DNA from: Octopus vulgaris
Lineage: Eukaryota
Assembly (NCBI GenBank): GCA_951406725.2
Contig: OX597835.1
Location: forward strand, 20,708,001 to 20,772,000
Direction of reading: 5' to 3'
DNA: 64,000 bases
Shown here in pieces: positions 42,144 through 55,504 of this stretch. The notes beneath the pieces were generated by a model. That model ran no database searches and was not told the DNA's origin. It saw only the letters and a program-made list of their open reading frames with translations. A program made the translations under genes and the position numbers. Every line of letters starts with the position of its first letter. Positions within the stretch are counted from its first letter, which is position 1.

Positions 42144-44318
42144 TATTTCAAAACATTTGCCATAAAGGCAGTACACAAATTAAGTTAGCTTTGCGGGCTG
42201 GACGAGGACATTAATGAAGTGAATGATAATGAAAGAAAGATAATAAGGATGGGAGAAGACAAAAAGCGCCCGCCGACTTTCGCTTCTCTAAAACATTGTT
42301 CTTTTTAAAGATAAACACAAAACGAGGTATTAAACCTCGTACAATTTTTCCAATTTTTGGACTTAGCAGTCCATTATTAATAAAAATAAACACAAAACGA
42401 GGTATTAATCCTCTTACAATTTTTCAATTTTTGGACTTAGCAGTCCATTACTAATAATAACAGTTCGATAATTACATATCGTCCTCGAAATAGCTTGTGC
42501 CCGCGCCCTCTACCATCAACCACGCCTCCCTCAGAACGTAATTAAGTTCCGAGTTGGCGTCGCCCGGGACCAAGTTATAATCTTCATTGAGCTCCTTTAG
42601 CCCAAGCGTCACGTCGAACGCCACGGCCTCCACAGCTACCTGCGGAGGCCATTCGGGGTCCTGTGTGAAGGCTAAAGTAGCTCCCTTGTAGTGCTCTTCC
42701 ATCACTTTTTCAATTTCTGCTCCTCTATAGAAGAGGACCAATACGTTCAGTTCTTTCGTTGGCGGCACAGTTCCCGCCAACGGTATTCCTTCTCTTGTCG
42801 GTTGCACAACCCCAACCGACGTAGTTCCGGGACATTCCGGTGCTACACTGACAGCCGGTAATGTCCCGTTTTTCTCCCTCTTTTTCTTTTTTCCCCTTTT
42901 CAACTGAGGGAGGGTGCGTCTCCTCCGTGGCTGCAAGATTCGCCTTCCTCTCCTCATTCCTATTATCTTTTGGTGAGCACCCATTGTTGCTCACCTTCCT
43001 CTTTCGGCCTCTGTTTGAGGAGTCCTCTGCTTTCTCGGCCGTTATCATTCCCTCTTCTAGAGGGGTTTTACTTAACTGTTCCGGGATCCTATTTTGTTCC
43101 CGGGGACAGTTCTTCTTTATGTGGCCGGACTCCAAGCACCGATGACACTTAGGGGGGCGACCCTCAAGCATCACCGGGTACCTGCACCCGGCCATTTTCA
43201 AAAAATCTGGAAGAACCAGGTTGGCTGATTGGGTCCACAGGGTCAAAATTGCTTTTGACCCAACCCAAGCAGCCGCAGGAAGAACTTTTACATTAAGGAG
43301 CTTAGTTTCGCTGCCACCCAGACCCCGGCGGATAGTCTCCTCTATCCACTCGGGTTCTATGTCGGGTGGCAGTCCGCAAATCCAAGCTTTCATCAATTTC
43401 TTTTTTTGTACGTGGGCAGGAATAAGATTTCCTTACCCTCCAGGGGTTTGCTAGCAAATTTGCAAGCCTCTTCAGGGGTGTCAAATAGCAACCACACCGT
43501 TGCATATTTGACACCCCTGGAAATGAATTTAATTGTTGGCAAATACTCTTCCAACTCCTTTTCAATTGCCGTCTTTTCGAATAGGGCGATGGTGTCGAGT
43601 GCCTTGGAGTAGGTTCTCAACACCACTGTCCTATCTTCACGGTCTTTTAACCACTTTTTAGGCGGTATGATCTCCCATTCCAAAAGTTTGTTTTTTTTCG
43701 TTGCCATGTTTTTTTTTTTGTTTTTTTTTCGTTTTTTTTTTTTAATGTATTCAGAATAAAACTAAAAAACGAGAAGAAAAGGAAATCCGAAGAAAGTCAC
43801 AGTGAAAAAAGGAGAGAGTCAAATAAAGTTAAAAAGAAAGTCAATAACACAGCAAAACCTTCTGGCCATTTGGTACTCCCGGTCTAAATTGAACCAGGAA
43901 CGCACAACTTCCACAAAAATTGGTGTAAAATTGGTAAAAATTGTTCAAACTTCGGAGGCAAAATACTCCCCTATATAGTAGTTTTCACAATTCATAAAAG
44001 TTCTTCACAGCACAATACAATTCTCACAATTACGTGAGAAAAATATTTACTCAATTTATCGAAGACGGATACGCCCCCAAAATTTTCTCAGCGAGAAAAA
44101 TATATTTGCCACATGTCGGCAGAATCAGAATTCTGAATCCAGTAGGACTTCCTGCCTGTAAAAAACAATTCTCAACAAAAACTCCCACTGGACCCAGAAA
44201 ACAGAATCTTACCTTACATGGGGCTTCCAAAGTTTTCAATTCAAGACGGCTTCAATAGCACGTCTTCACCGCTTCAGTGCCAAACACAACACTGACTCGC
44301 ACATGCGCAGAATCAACC
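42144..44318 (-). mobile_element. ORF1-only non-LTR retroelement (L1/Tx1-like ORF1; HAL1-like), 2175 bp, 15-bp TSD
   Basis: TSD GTTAGCAAGCTACTT at 42129-42143 and 44319-44333. ~610-nt 5' UTR, ORF1 and ~330-nt 3' UTR ending near AATAAA. No ORF2. Confidence 0.85.
42472..43707 (-). pseudogene. Retrotransposon ORF1 (gag-like, RRM-type region plus CCHC zinc knuckle), with two apparent frameshifts in A-rich runs
   Basis: Three overlapping ORFs (43393-43707, 42725-43396, 42472-42984) join into ~410 aa. They contain WICGLPPDI, YPVMLEGRPPKCHRCLESGHIKKNCP (CX2CX4HX4C) and a basic RKRK tract. Confidence 0.8.
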
Positions 44319-44452
44319 GTTAGCAAGCTACTTACCATACAGCCACTCCTGCGCCTGGTCACTTTCTTTTTAACTTGTCAAATAAACATACGCACTATAT
44401 ATATTCGTTCTTCACTCGGTTATTACTGTTCCTATTTTATCTTATATCCATT

Positions 44453-44495
44453 GTCCGGAAACCTTTCGTCACACATCTGTGACCTCTTCAGCGAC
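44453..44495 (-). ncRNA. Hammerhead-like motif
   Basis: GUCG-CUGAAGA-G-GUCACA-GAUG-UGUGAC-GAAA-GGUU-UC-CGGAC. Strong stem II; stems I and III imperfect. Confidence 0.55.
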
Positions 44496-44812
44496 CCATT
44501 CCGTCCATGTGTGTCCACCTGCTCCACTTTGTCCATTCTGTCCTATGACCTGTATCCTTATTTGTGCATGCTATATCATCTTTTCGATTTAAAAACTAAT
44601 CTACCCTTGAGGTCCAATTCGTTTGTGTTGATAAAAAGTTTTCTCCATTTTCTCATTATTTAAATTTGATTGCTGATAAATTTTTGTTTATTCTGTTGTT
44701 ACGTGTACCCTATGAGCAAGGTGTGCCCAGGGATAGCACAGATAATTGACAGTGATTGTAAATACGGATAATTTATCCCTTGGTCGGTTACTGCAACCAC
44801 TAACTCTGCTTA

Positions 44813-44861
<49 letters not shown>

Positions 44862-45091
44862 TAATTAGGGTTCAGCGAAGATTTGCTTTACCACATACCG
44901 AAGTTTAGAACTAACAGCCAAAGAACCTTAACTATTTCTTCTACTTTAAAAAGGGACTCCCGGAAAAAGGGACTCTACTTGGTGAAATTATTGATTACTA
45001 CTTAATTAATTAATTTTACCCTTTGATATTATATATATATATATATGTATGTATGATATTATATATATATATATGTATGTATGAATGTATG

Positions 45092-45125
<34 letters not shown>

Positions 45126-46494
45126 TGTATGTATGTATGTATGTATGTATGTATGTATGTATGTATGTATGTATGTATATGCCTTGTCAATAAGGCATGC
45201 TGACGTTTCGGGCTAAGAACTTCTTCCGAGACTAAAATTTAGATGAACTCATTGTATGTCAAAATATTTCTTAAAATTTTCTCATTTACATATTTTTTCA
45301 TATGCCAACAGTCTAAAATGTCTACTCACGGAAAATAGTTTAATATAGCAAAATTTTTGTATAGCTTATTCATTGGTAGGACAAAGAACGAACTAAAGAG
45401 GTAAAATACTAGTTTATTGAAGTACATTTTTAGTGAGACAAGTATTCGAATTTTCACCTTCCTACGTAACAGCTTCAAGCAGAAATGATGCTTTTCAGTC
45501 ACTATAGGTTAACAGAATACAATTATGTATGAACGGAGTTGGATTTTTTTATCTAAAAATCAATTTGATTGTGAGCATATTGTTACTTGAGAGGTCTTAG
45601 AAATGTAAAGTGTTTTATGGTGGAACGGTGTTTCCTGTCGTCGTATGTATTAAAACATTGTGAATAGTTGACATCATGGTTAAAGCCCTACTTTTTTACT
45701 TGTTCATGTTTGTTTATATTTATTCATTTTCCCCCCCTTTATTAATGTATATTTATACATCTGCAAATGATACCGGTGTCATTCAATAAATGCTCTGTCA
45801 ACATCAACATTCTTCAGGTATATTCTTTCCTTTCTCTTTTTTCTTTCAAGGACAAAAGGCACCTCTTCGAATGTAAGAAATGGTAGAATAAAGATATGGC
45901 AATATCCTACGGAAACTCTTACACTGGAAAATATCGGCATAGGAAAAAAACAGCCTTTCAGATAATTTCAATATGTATTGAATTGCTTTCCTTTGGAATT
46001 TGGTCTTACTTGACGAGCATAACAGAAGGGTTAAGTTAAGTGTTAAAAAAATAAATACAATCCTGCCGGTTTATATTACATGAATTCAAATAGCAAGAAT
46101 TTTAGTTCCAGGAAAACACGCAGATAATAAAAGATATATAAGCGGTTTTGTGCAACGAATAGCATGGCATGATCGAAAACGCGAAGAATTTCTAAGAATA
46201 TACTTCAAATAAGAAATTCTATTTCGCAAAGCTTTACAAAGAACACATACCAACAGGCTTGAAAGACATTTCATTTGGCAGACTATAAATCGTGGTTTCT
46301 TGGAGGGAACTACTAGTTCACGGAACTGTACTTGGAACATTTCTAAAATTTATGCTACTGTGCAATGAGAATAGTCTAACATGTCGGGATGTTGCCCGTC
46401 GTCTGACACTAAGGCAAAAGGAAAAAAAAATTGATAGGAAGGTATCGAGAAAGTTTTCTTATTAGATACATAGACATATATTGAGGTACAAAAA

Positions 46495-46537
<43 letters not shown>

Positions 46538-46591
46538 AAAAAAGAAGTTTGAAAATGCCACTATATTAGATAAATTTTAATTTTCTTATGA

Positions 46592-46636
46592 ATTTTACAT
46601 GTTTCGGTTCTTGAAAAAACGAACCTTATCAAAAAT
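46592..46636 (-). ncRNA. Minimal hammerhead with a U3-A8 core variant
   Basis: AUUU-UUGAUAA-GGUUC-(10 nt)-GAACC-GAAAC-AU-GUA-AAAU. It lies in an insert between (TA)n tracts (46533-46850). Confidence 0.65.
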
Positions 46637-46847
46637 ATTATAAAAAGTGCAATAGAAAAGTTCATAATCGTTTCTTATTGTTCTCAATAGAATCCATGTG
46701 GTGGTGTTTTGTCGGTAGTTGATATAATCGCTATATTACAGTTGAGTGTAGTGAAGAAGTTCATTATTGTTTGTTGCTGGTATCAAAAGGAACCGCTTTT
46801 TTGTTTCCTTGTATTCCAATGGTAGCAACAGTAGTGATTGTTGGTAG

Positions 46848-46907
<60 letters not shown>

Positions 46908-46976
46908 AATTAATTTTACTCTGCTATGTATTGAGTACCTTATTTACTGTGGTTAACCCCGAATCAACCCGGGACC

Positions 46977-47034
<58 letters not shown>

Positions 47035-47590
47035 TGTATATGTGTGTACATGTGTGTGTACGTATGTATATATACATATATATATACACACTTCTTATGG
47101 GGAGAAAATAAAGCCTAGCCCCCTTCACGTGCATTTGTCCCAAAATGCAAGGATGATTTTCGAGGGTTTAACGAAATTTAATCTAAATCAGATTTTGCGT
47201 TCAAACGAGGTATGAACGATAAAGAACATTTTCAAAGAGTGTTTTACAAACTTCTGGGATTTTTTTCTCTCTGTTGTGTCGCAGAAATGTACAATGCCAG
47301 ACAAAATGGATGAACTTGAGTAGAAGATATACTTAGAATACAACTTCTTTGCTCCAGCCAATCGATCAACATGCGATAACTCTTAAATAACTTCTAACAA
47401 TTGAGAGAGAGAGAGACGGCACTTATAGATGAAGTTCTGCATATATTTCTCCGATAAATGTTCCTATACCGAGTTGTACAAAAATGATGCATCATCAACA
47501 AACAAATTTGGATTAGGTGTTCAGCCCTCAAGCTGATGTTGGTGATAGTAAGATAGTAAAATATTTTGCTTAATCTTCCCAGCAGTTCTG

Positions 47591-47641
<51 letters not shown>

Positions 47642-47744
47642 GGAGTAAACACATAAATGTGAAACAAGGTGGAAAAAAAGAGTACTCAAATACCAGTGGT
47701 AGAGTAATATGCTTTATTTAAAGCAGCAGAAAATTCAACAAAAC

Positions 47745-47782
47745 CTGTTACTCTGAGTTTCACGTTTCCGTTCGTCGGACAG
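47745..47782 (-). ncRNA. Minimal hammerhead (U4>C) in element 47640-47785
   Basis: CUGU-CCGACGA-ACG-GAAA-CGU-GAAA-CUC-A-GAG-UA-ACAG; GNRA-capped stem II. Confidence 0.65.
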
Positions 47783-47784
47783 TT

Positions 47785-47841
<57 letters not shown>

Positions 47842-48053
47842 TGCTTGTTTCAGTCATTTGACTGCGGGCATTTTGGAGCACCGCCTTTAGTCGAAGAAAT
47901 CGATGCCAGGACTTATTCTTTGTAAGCCTAGTACTTATTCTATCCGTCGCTTTTACCGAACCGCTAAGTTACGGGGACGTAAGCACACCATCATCGGTTG
48001 TCAAGCGATGTTGGGGGGGGCAAACAGAGACACACAAACATATACACATATAC

Positions 48054-48137
<84 letters not shown>

Positions 48138-48272
48138 CATATACATACGACGGGCTTCTTTCAGTTTCCGTCTACCAAATACATTCAAGGATTTGGTCAG
48201 CCCGAGGCTATAGCAAAATGCACTTGAACCCGGAACCATGTGGTTGGTAAGCAAGCTACTTACCACTCAGCT
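47842..48272 (-). mobile_element. SINE family B (internally deleted)
   Basis: Homology. Confidence 0.8.
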
Positions 48273-48475
48273 ATCGAATAACACCGTTTACAAGACTATG
48301 CTTGGAATGACCAACTATAAATACCATTAGAACTCATACACATGGTAGAGGAAACATATATACACCATTCTGCTTAAATAATAGAACTGCAGCTACAATA
48401 TTTTACGTATCTCACACCTGTTTTCATTTCGCCTGTTCACTCTGTATTACATAACTTTTCTATAGTAACTATTCT

Positions 48476-48791
48476 AAACCTAACTCTAACCCTAACCCTA
48501 AAACAGATTGAAATGCAATAGATCGCAACTAGGTTTATAATTATGGGTGACAATTTCATATGACACCGCTAGAAAAAACTGCCGTTCAAACCGAAAAGAT
48601 CCGAATCTTAGTCTTCCAATCAAAATCTAGACGACAGTGTGCAGTCGCTGCAGTTGAAACACGTGTAGGTCCCGAAAACTGTTGTAAATAACTGAATACA
48701 CTTATGGATGTGAAAAATCTGTTTTCATTATTAATACTATGTGTGTGTGCAGGTGTGTGTACATATGCATGTACGTGTGTACATATGCATG
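48476..48791. repeat. Chimeric local duplication: a copy of 30216-30371 (+) fused to an inverted copy of ~15985-16131
   Basis: Includes the MITE right end with its TSD and unique flank GTCTTCCAATCAAAATC, then the reverse complement of the sequence flanking the minisatellite. Confidence 0.85.
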
Positions 48792-48797
48792 AACAAG

Positions 48798-49189
48798 TGT
48801 CTAAACATAGAGGGGGAAAACGAGGACAGACAAAGGGACTAAGTTGATTACATCGAACCCCGTGCGTCACTAGTACTTATTTAATCTACCCCAAAAGGAT
48901 GAAAGGCAAAGTCGACCTCGGCGGAATTTGAACTCAGAATGTAACGGCAGACAAATACCAATTTCATTACTGCCCACAAGGGGCTAAACACAATGAGGAC
49001 AAAAAAGGACAGACAAAGGGATTAAGTCGATTATATCGATCCCAGTGCGTAACTGGTACTTATTTAATCGACCCCGAAAGGATGAAAGGCAAAGTCGACG
49101 TCGGCAGAATTTGAACTCAGAACGTAGCGGCAGACGAAACAACGCTAAGCGTTTCGCCCGGCGCGCTAACGTTTCTGCCAGCTCGCCGC
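48798..49189 (-). mobile_element. SINE family A, head plus two tandem bodies
   Basis: Homology; internal junction at ~48950-48965. Confidence 0.85.
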
Positions 49190-49221
49190 TGTCAGAAATG
49201 TGTGTGTGTGTGTGTGTGTGT

Positions 49222-49280
<59 letters not shown>

Positions 49281-49902
49281 TGTTCTCAAAACATCGCATT
49301 GACAACCAATGCTGTAACTTAGCGGTTTGGCAAGAGAGACGGAGAGAGTAAGTACTAGGCTTACAAAGGATAAGTCCTAGCGTCTCATTTGCTCGACTAA
49401 AAGGCGGTGCTCCAGCATGGCCGCAGTCAAATTGACTGAAACAAAATAAAAGAGTATAGTTAGGACAAAAACAGAGCACACGCATGAAGAACAAAAGTGG
49501 AGAGTCACGTAATTAATTATCGCAATACAATTGACATAGTATATATTTAAGAGGAAGCGAAGACCTAAAAAGCTTCCCCAAGAGCAGATTGCCTAATTCG
49601 GACACTCGCCAACGGAACGTGCGTGTAGTGTCGAGAGGAAATCATTCTCTAGATTTGTTTTCACACACTCACGTACACACGTGCACAAACAGAGGCAGAT
49701 ATAAATATATGCAACAAATACATGCACATGTATATACATATATATATATAAATATACATGTATGTATATATGCGTGATATAATGTATAATTTTTATGTGG
49801 TTGTATGTAAACACAGATACATGTATACACATTTATACATATAGATATATACACATATTTGTTTGCACGTAGATGACAACACATACATTTATACATATAT
49901 AT

Positions 49903-49946
<44 letters not shown>

Positions 49947-49964
49947 CCATATACGCATCTGTGT

Positions 49965-50731
49965 GTGCGTGCTTGCGTGTGAGTGGATGTGTGTGTGTGT
50001 GAATGTGTATGTGTGTGCGTGTGTGAATGTGTGCGTGTGTGAATGTGTGCGTGTGTGAATGTGTGCGTGTGTGAATGCGTGCGCGTGTGAATGTGTGCGT
50101 GTGTGAATGTGTGCGTGTGTGGCTGTGTGCGTGTGTGAATGTGTGCGTGTGTGAATGTGTGCGTGTGTGGATGCGTGCGTGTGTGAATGTGTATGTGTGT
50201 GCGTGTGTGAATGTGTGCGTGTGTGGATGCGTGCGTGTGTGAATGTGTGCGTGTGTGAATGCGTGCGCGTGTGAATGTGTGCGTGTGTGAATGTGTGCGT
50301 GTGTGAATGTGTGCGTGTGTGAATGTGTGCGTGTGTGAATGCGTGCGTGTGTGGATGCGTGCGTGTGTGAATGTGTGCGTGTGTGAATGTGTGCGTGTGT
50401 GGATGGGTGCGTGTGTGAATGTGTGCGTGTGTGGCTGTGTGCGTGTGTGAATGTGCGCGTGTGTGAATGTGTGCGTGTGTGAATGTGTGCGTGTGTGAAT
50501 GTGTGCGTGTGTGAATGTGTGCGTGTGTGAATGTGTGCGTGTGTGAGTGTGTGCGTGTGTGAATGTGTGCGTGTGTGAATGTGCGCGTGTGTGAATGTGT
50601 GCGTGTGTGAATGTGTGCGTGTGTGAATGTGTGCGTGTGTGAATGTGTGCGTGTGTGGATGTGTGCGTGTGTGAATTTGTGTGTGTGTGAATGTGTGTGT
50701 GTGTGTGCGTGTGTGAATGTGTGCGTGTGTG
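49965..50731. repeat. Minisatellite, 14-bp unit GTGTGAATGTGTGC
   Basis: Direct reading. Confidence 0.96.
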
Positions 50732-51092
50732 TTCCGATGTGGATATGGAAGGTGACAGCTACTTTAAGATTCACAAGTGGTGAAATCGAATCGTGCCTTC
50801 ACACAGTTTCCATTTATGACATTGTTCTTATTTTCAAACGATCAATTACCAGATATATCTACATATATACACAAATCCTTGTATACACACCTATATACAT
50901 ATACAAGCAAATAAATTCATACACACACATACACACATACACACATATATATATACACAGGCACACACTCATATATATATACACATGCACACACACATAT
51001 ATATATACACATACACACACACATATATATACACATACACAGACATATATACACTTACACACACACACACACACACTTACACTTACACACAA

Positions 51093-51131
<39 letters not shown>

Positions 51132-51176
51132 CGATCTTATACACGCGCGCACACACATACAGACACATGAATGCAG

Positions 51177-51207
<31 letters not shown>

Positions 51208-51733
51208 AGATCGTATATACACGTATATATATATATATAAGATCGTATATACAGTGTCAACTACTTACCCTTGCTCCCGAGGCAAAGCGACATTCACTCC
51301 ATCTATCACTGCTGCCCCCTTCCTGCTATTTGCAATCCATAACCGTTCGCATCCAATAAAATTCTGCTCTTTGAAAGTGTGTATCCAGAGCGTTAACAAT
51401 GCACAAGTAATCTATACCGTACATAGCATTTAGTGCACTTGACGTGGAGTGGAAGAGATGGAAACAAAAAAGACTAGGAAAATGGTAAGCAATAAAAGGA
51501 TAATAGCTGGAAGGATTAAAAAGGGCTTATAAAATTCTAGTGAAAAATTCTCTTCCGTAATACTTTACGGCAAAATAGCAAAACCCGATAACAGACGGCA
51601 TCGGAGAATTGTTTATTTCTTTAATAATGTCTTTGCTGTCATGGGAATATTGCAGATTCTAGGCTGTGCAAACGTGTAAACGAGCTCACGTATAGAGAGA
51701 TATACGTAGGCACACACGAGTGTGTGTGTGATT

Positions 51734-51780
<47 letters not shown>

Positions 51781-51874
51781 AGAGAAAAAAGAATATACAC
51801 TGCGTGTGTATTTATATATATATAAAATACATTTGTATACATATGTATATATATATATACATATGTATATATAT

Positions 51875-51933
51875 AACAAAAACTGTCTGATGAACGGCAA
51901 CGAGAAACTCAGGTCAGAGTAACAGATTTTGTT
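51875..51933 (+). ncRNA. Type I hammerhead ribozyme with an extended stem I
   Basis: AACAAAA-A-CUGU-CUGAUGA-ACG-GCAA-CGA-GAAA-CUC-AGGUCA-GAG-UA-ACAG-A-UUUUGUU. The whole ~85-bp insert sits within (TA)n. Confidence 0.75.
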
Positions 51934-51958
51934 GAATTTTCTGCTGCTTTAAATAAAG

Positions 51959-52057
<99 letters not shown>

Positions 52058-53474
52058 CACACACACACAGATATATACAGAGAAAGAGATAAAGATAGAT
52101 AGATATACGCCGTTATATGTGTAGCCAAATCTGTACATGTCTATATGTGTACACGTATTCATCTCTGTATGAAGATATACAGAAAGCTCAATCGTTATAT
52201 AGTGGCTGACATGTTACATCCACTATACATATAGTAATGTATGTAAAGATATGTGTGTGTGTATACACACATACGTGTATGTGGCAGAGATGTGGGCTAT
52301 AAATTAGTGACCTTCCCTGTCAGGGATGGCCACTGATTATATTTGGGTAAGAACTGCAGAACAGCAGCTTGCTGCTGCTGCAATCACGCGCATGTGGAGC
52401 TCCGGCTGGCGTAGCTGAAGTCTTGTCTGATGTCCGTGGTACTCTGAAAACAATACTGGCGATATAACCAAAAGCATCTACGATAGGCATTATTAAATCT
52501 CAGAATGAGATTGAAACAGTAATCGCTCGATAATGTAAAGTATAGAAGCCATCTTAACATGGCTAACCACATAGGGGAGGGGGTGTTACTGTAGCTTTAT
52601 AGCCCCAGGAGATCGTCGTCTCCAGCTGGCTTTAGACACCATTTTAGTGCACTTGAAGTATTTGTAAAGGGATCGCTTCTATAATTTTCATCATCTACGA
52701 TATATATCTTAAAACTAAACGGTATATGTATGAATATATGCGTGTCTGTATTATGCAGGTATGCATGTATGTATGTATGTAGATAGATAAATAGATTTCT
52801 TTTTTTTTTCTTGGCCACGCAGGGCTGAACACAAAAGGGACAAAACACAAAGTAGAGCTTTTCTTTTTGGGAAGAAGGAAGAAAAATAAGATTGGTCGGA
52901 TTCCGGTCAAAAGGGAACGTGGAAAAAAAGTGACGATCAATAGGGATCAGATAGATATAGATAGATGTATATATATATGTGTGTGTGTGTTTGTGTGTGT
53001 GTTTAGTTGTGCGTGTGTGTGTGTCTAGTTGTGCGTGTTTTTGTGCGTATGTAGTTAAACATGATGCCATGGGATGAAAGAACGAATATCAACGACATTG
53101 CAAAATTTCCCAAACAGTAATTGCTATCATTGCTCTTGCGCTAAGAGAAATGCTAGACTTAATTTCTATCACTCTTCGGATACGTTCCTCCTGTGGATTG
53201 TATAAGTGGCGAGGGATCACGAGGAGAAATTTCAAGTAGAAATAAGAAGAAAGGAAAACGTTAAAATTGCAATCTTGCTGTGAAAATGCTGACAATAATT
53301 ACTTGTTATTAATTTTTTATGCAGTGTATGTGCGTGCATACGCATGCACCGTAATGACTCACTCAATATCAACTGAACCGTCATCAATGCGAACCTGTCT
53401 TACTAACACGGTGCCTGCACTTTGTCAGCTCTGTCTTCGCGAAAGATTGCATGTTTTCATCTATACAATAACAG

Positions 53475-54073
53475 ATAGGTAGGTATGCAAAAACAGATAG
53501 GTAGGTAGGTAGGTATTATGTATGTAGACAGCTAGGTAGGTAGACAGATACGTAGGTAGGTAGACAGATAGGTAGGTAGGTAGGGTAGGTACGTAGACAG
53601 ATAGGTAGGTAGGTAGGTAGGTAGGTAGGTAGGTAGGTAGGTAGGTAGGTAGGTAGGTAGGTAGGTAGGTAGGTAGGTAGGTAGGTAGACAGATAGGTAG
53701 GTAGGTAGATAGGTAGGTAGGTGGACAGGTAGGTAGGTAGGTAGGTAGGTAGGTAGGTAGGTAGGTAGGTAGGTAGGTAGGTAGGTAGGTAGGTAGGTAG
53801 GTAGACAGATAGGTAGGTAGGTAGATAGGTAAGTAGGTAGACAGGTAGGTAGGTAGGTAGATAGGTAAGTAGGTAGACAGGTAGGTATGTAGGTAGGTAG
53901 GTAGACAGGTAGGTAGGTAGGTATGTAGGTAGGTAGGTAGGTAGGTAGGTAGGTAGGTAGGTAGGTAGGTAGGTAGGTAGGTTGGTAGGTAGACAGATAT
54001 AGGTAGGTAGGTAGAGGTAGACAGGTAGGTAGGTAGGTAGACAGGTAGGTAGGTAGGTAGGTAGGTAGGTAGG
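53475..54073. repeat. (GGTA)n microsatellite
   Basis: Direct reading. Confidence 0.97.
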
Positions 54074-54608
54074 TTCACTGGATGGGTGGACGGACGGATG
54101 GATATGTACATACCTATATACATACTTGCAGGTAGGTTTTTGCCAATGTATTGTTTGCTCAACAGATTATTTCTCTTCGCATGAATAGCGGTTCGTTTGT
54201 GAATATCACAACCGAGCACGCTTAATGCAAACCGCAGAAAACCGTTGAACAAATTCATTACATCTTGTGAATCCATATCGCTATGTGTTAAAATTTCTCT
54301 TTGTACAAAACAAACGATACTCAATCTCTGGTGACAATCAGCGGAACCTTGAAACATTTCAGGTTGATACATGCTTCCTGAGATAAGGCAAAACCCCCTA
54401 AAAAAACTAAGCAAAAACGTTTGTTTACAACTGTCACAATACCGATATGGCGCTTATGTGTGTTGCGTAAAAAATGGTTTTCTCTTACATAACGCTACTA
54501 ATACCGCGAAGAATGAATACACCCCAATGCAAACGTAATTGTATATATTACGTATGAATAATTGTATTTAAATGTGAATTTGAGTTGCTTACTGGTATTT
54601 GCATTCGG

Positions 54609-55223
54609 AAAAAAGGCGGCGAGCTGGCAAAAAGGCGGCGAGCTGGCAAAAAGGCGGCGAGCTGGCAAAAAGGCGGCGAGCTGGCAGAAACGTTAGCACG
54701 CCGGGCGAAATGCTTAGAGGTATTTCGTCTGCGTGACGTTGTGAGTTCAAATTCCGCCGAGGTCGACTTTGCCTTTCATCCTTTCGGGGTCGATAAATTA
54801 AGTACCAGTTACGCACTGGGGTCGATGTAATCGACTTAATACCTATGCCTGTCCTTGTTTGTCCCCTTTGTGTTTAGCCCCTTGTGGGTAATAAAGAAAT
54901 AGGTATTTCGTCTGCTTCCGAGGTCGACTTTGCCTTTCATCCTTTCGGGGTCGATAAATTAAGTACCAGTTATGCACTGGGGTCGATGTAATCGACTTAA
55001 TACCTATGTCTGTCCTTGTTTGTCCCCTTTGTGTTTAGCCCCTTGTGGGTAATAAAGAAATAGGTATTTCGTCTGCTTCCGAGGTCGACTTTGCCTTTCA
55101 TACTTTCGGGGTCGATAAATTAAGTACCAGTTACGCACTGGGGTCGATGTAATCGACTTAATACCCATGTCTGTCCTTGTTTGTCCCCTTTGTGTTTAGT
55201 CCCTTGTGGGTAATAAAGAAATA
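54609..55223 (+). mobile_element. SINE family A multimer: four 19-bp head repeats plus three 161-bp body repeats inside one TSD
   Basis: TSD GGTATTTGCATTCGG at 54594-54608 and 55224-55238. Confidence 0.9.
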
Positions 55224-55504
55224 GGTATTTGCATTCGGCTTACGATCGTAAGAACATGATTTCGATACCTGATAGCGATGCGGTGTGTCCTTGAATGTGA
55301 TGCTTTATTTTAATCTCCTCCATTCCCCTCAGCTGACGAAAATGAATAGAGTAATCGCTCGCCATATCGCTATTCCCCTATCGCGCCCTCTCTACATTGT
55401 TGATTTTTCTGGCTGATATGTAAATTTATATCGCGGACTTCTAAGTATATCGCAGGTTTCTGCGGTCGAAAGGTATTTATAATTTTTAGGTTTTATTTAT
55501 TTCT

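Larger units (their letters stand above)
41742..44355 (-). mobile_element. SINE family B split by a LINE-like insertion (SINE parts 41742-42143 and 44319-44355)
   Basis: The SINE sequence resumes exactly after the duplicated GTTAGCAAGCTACTT. Confidence 0.88.

Noticed and set aside
43393-43410. Programmed -1 frameshift in ORF1 at the A7 run
   Set aside because: No correctly phased XXXYYYZ heptamer. A homopolymer deletion or consensus error is more parsimonious.
54125-54414. Non-repetitive N-terminal part of ORF 53461-54414
   Set aside because: No recognisable motif; its length is inflated by the (CCTA)n tract.
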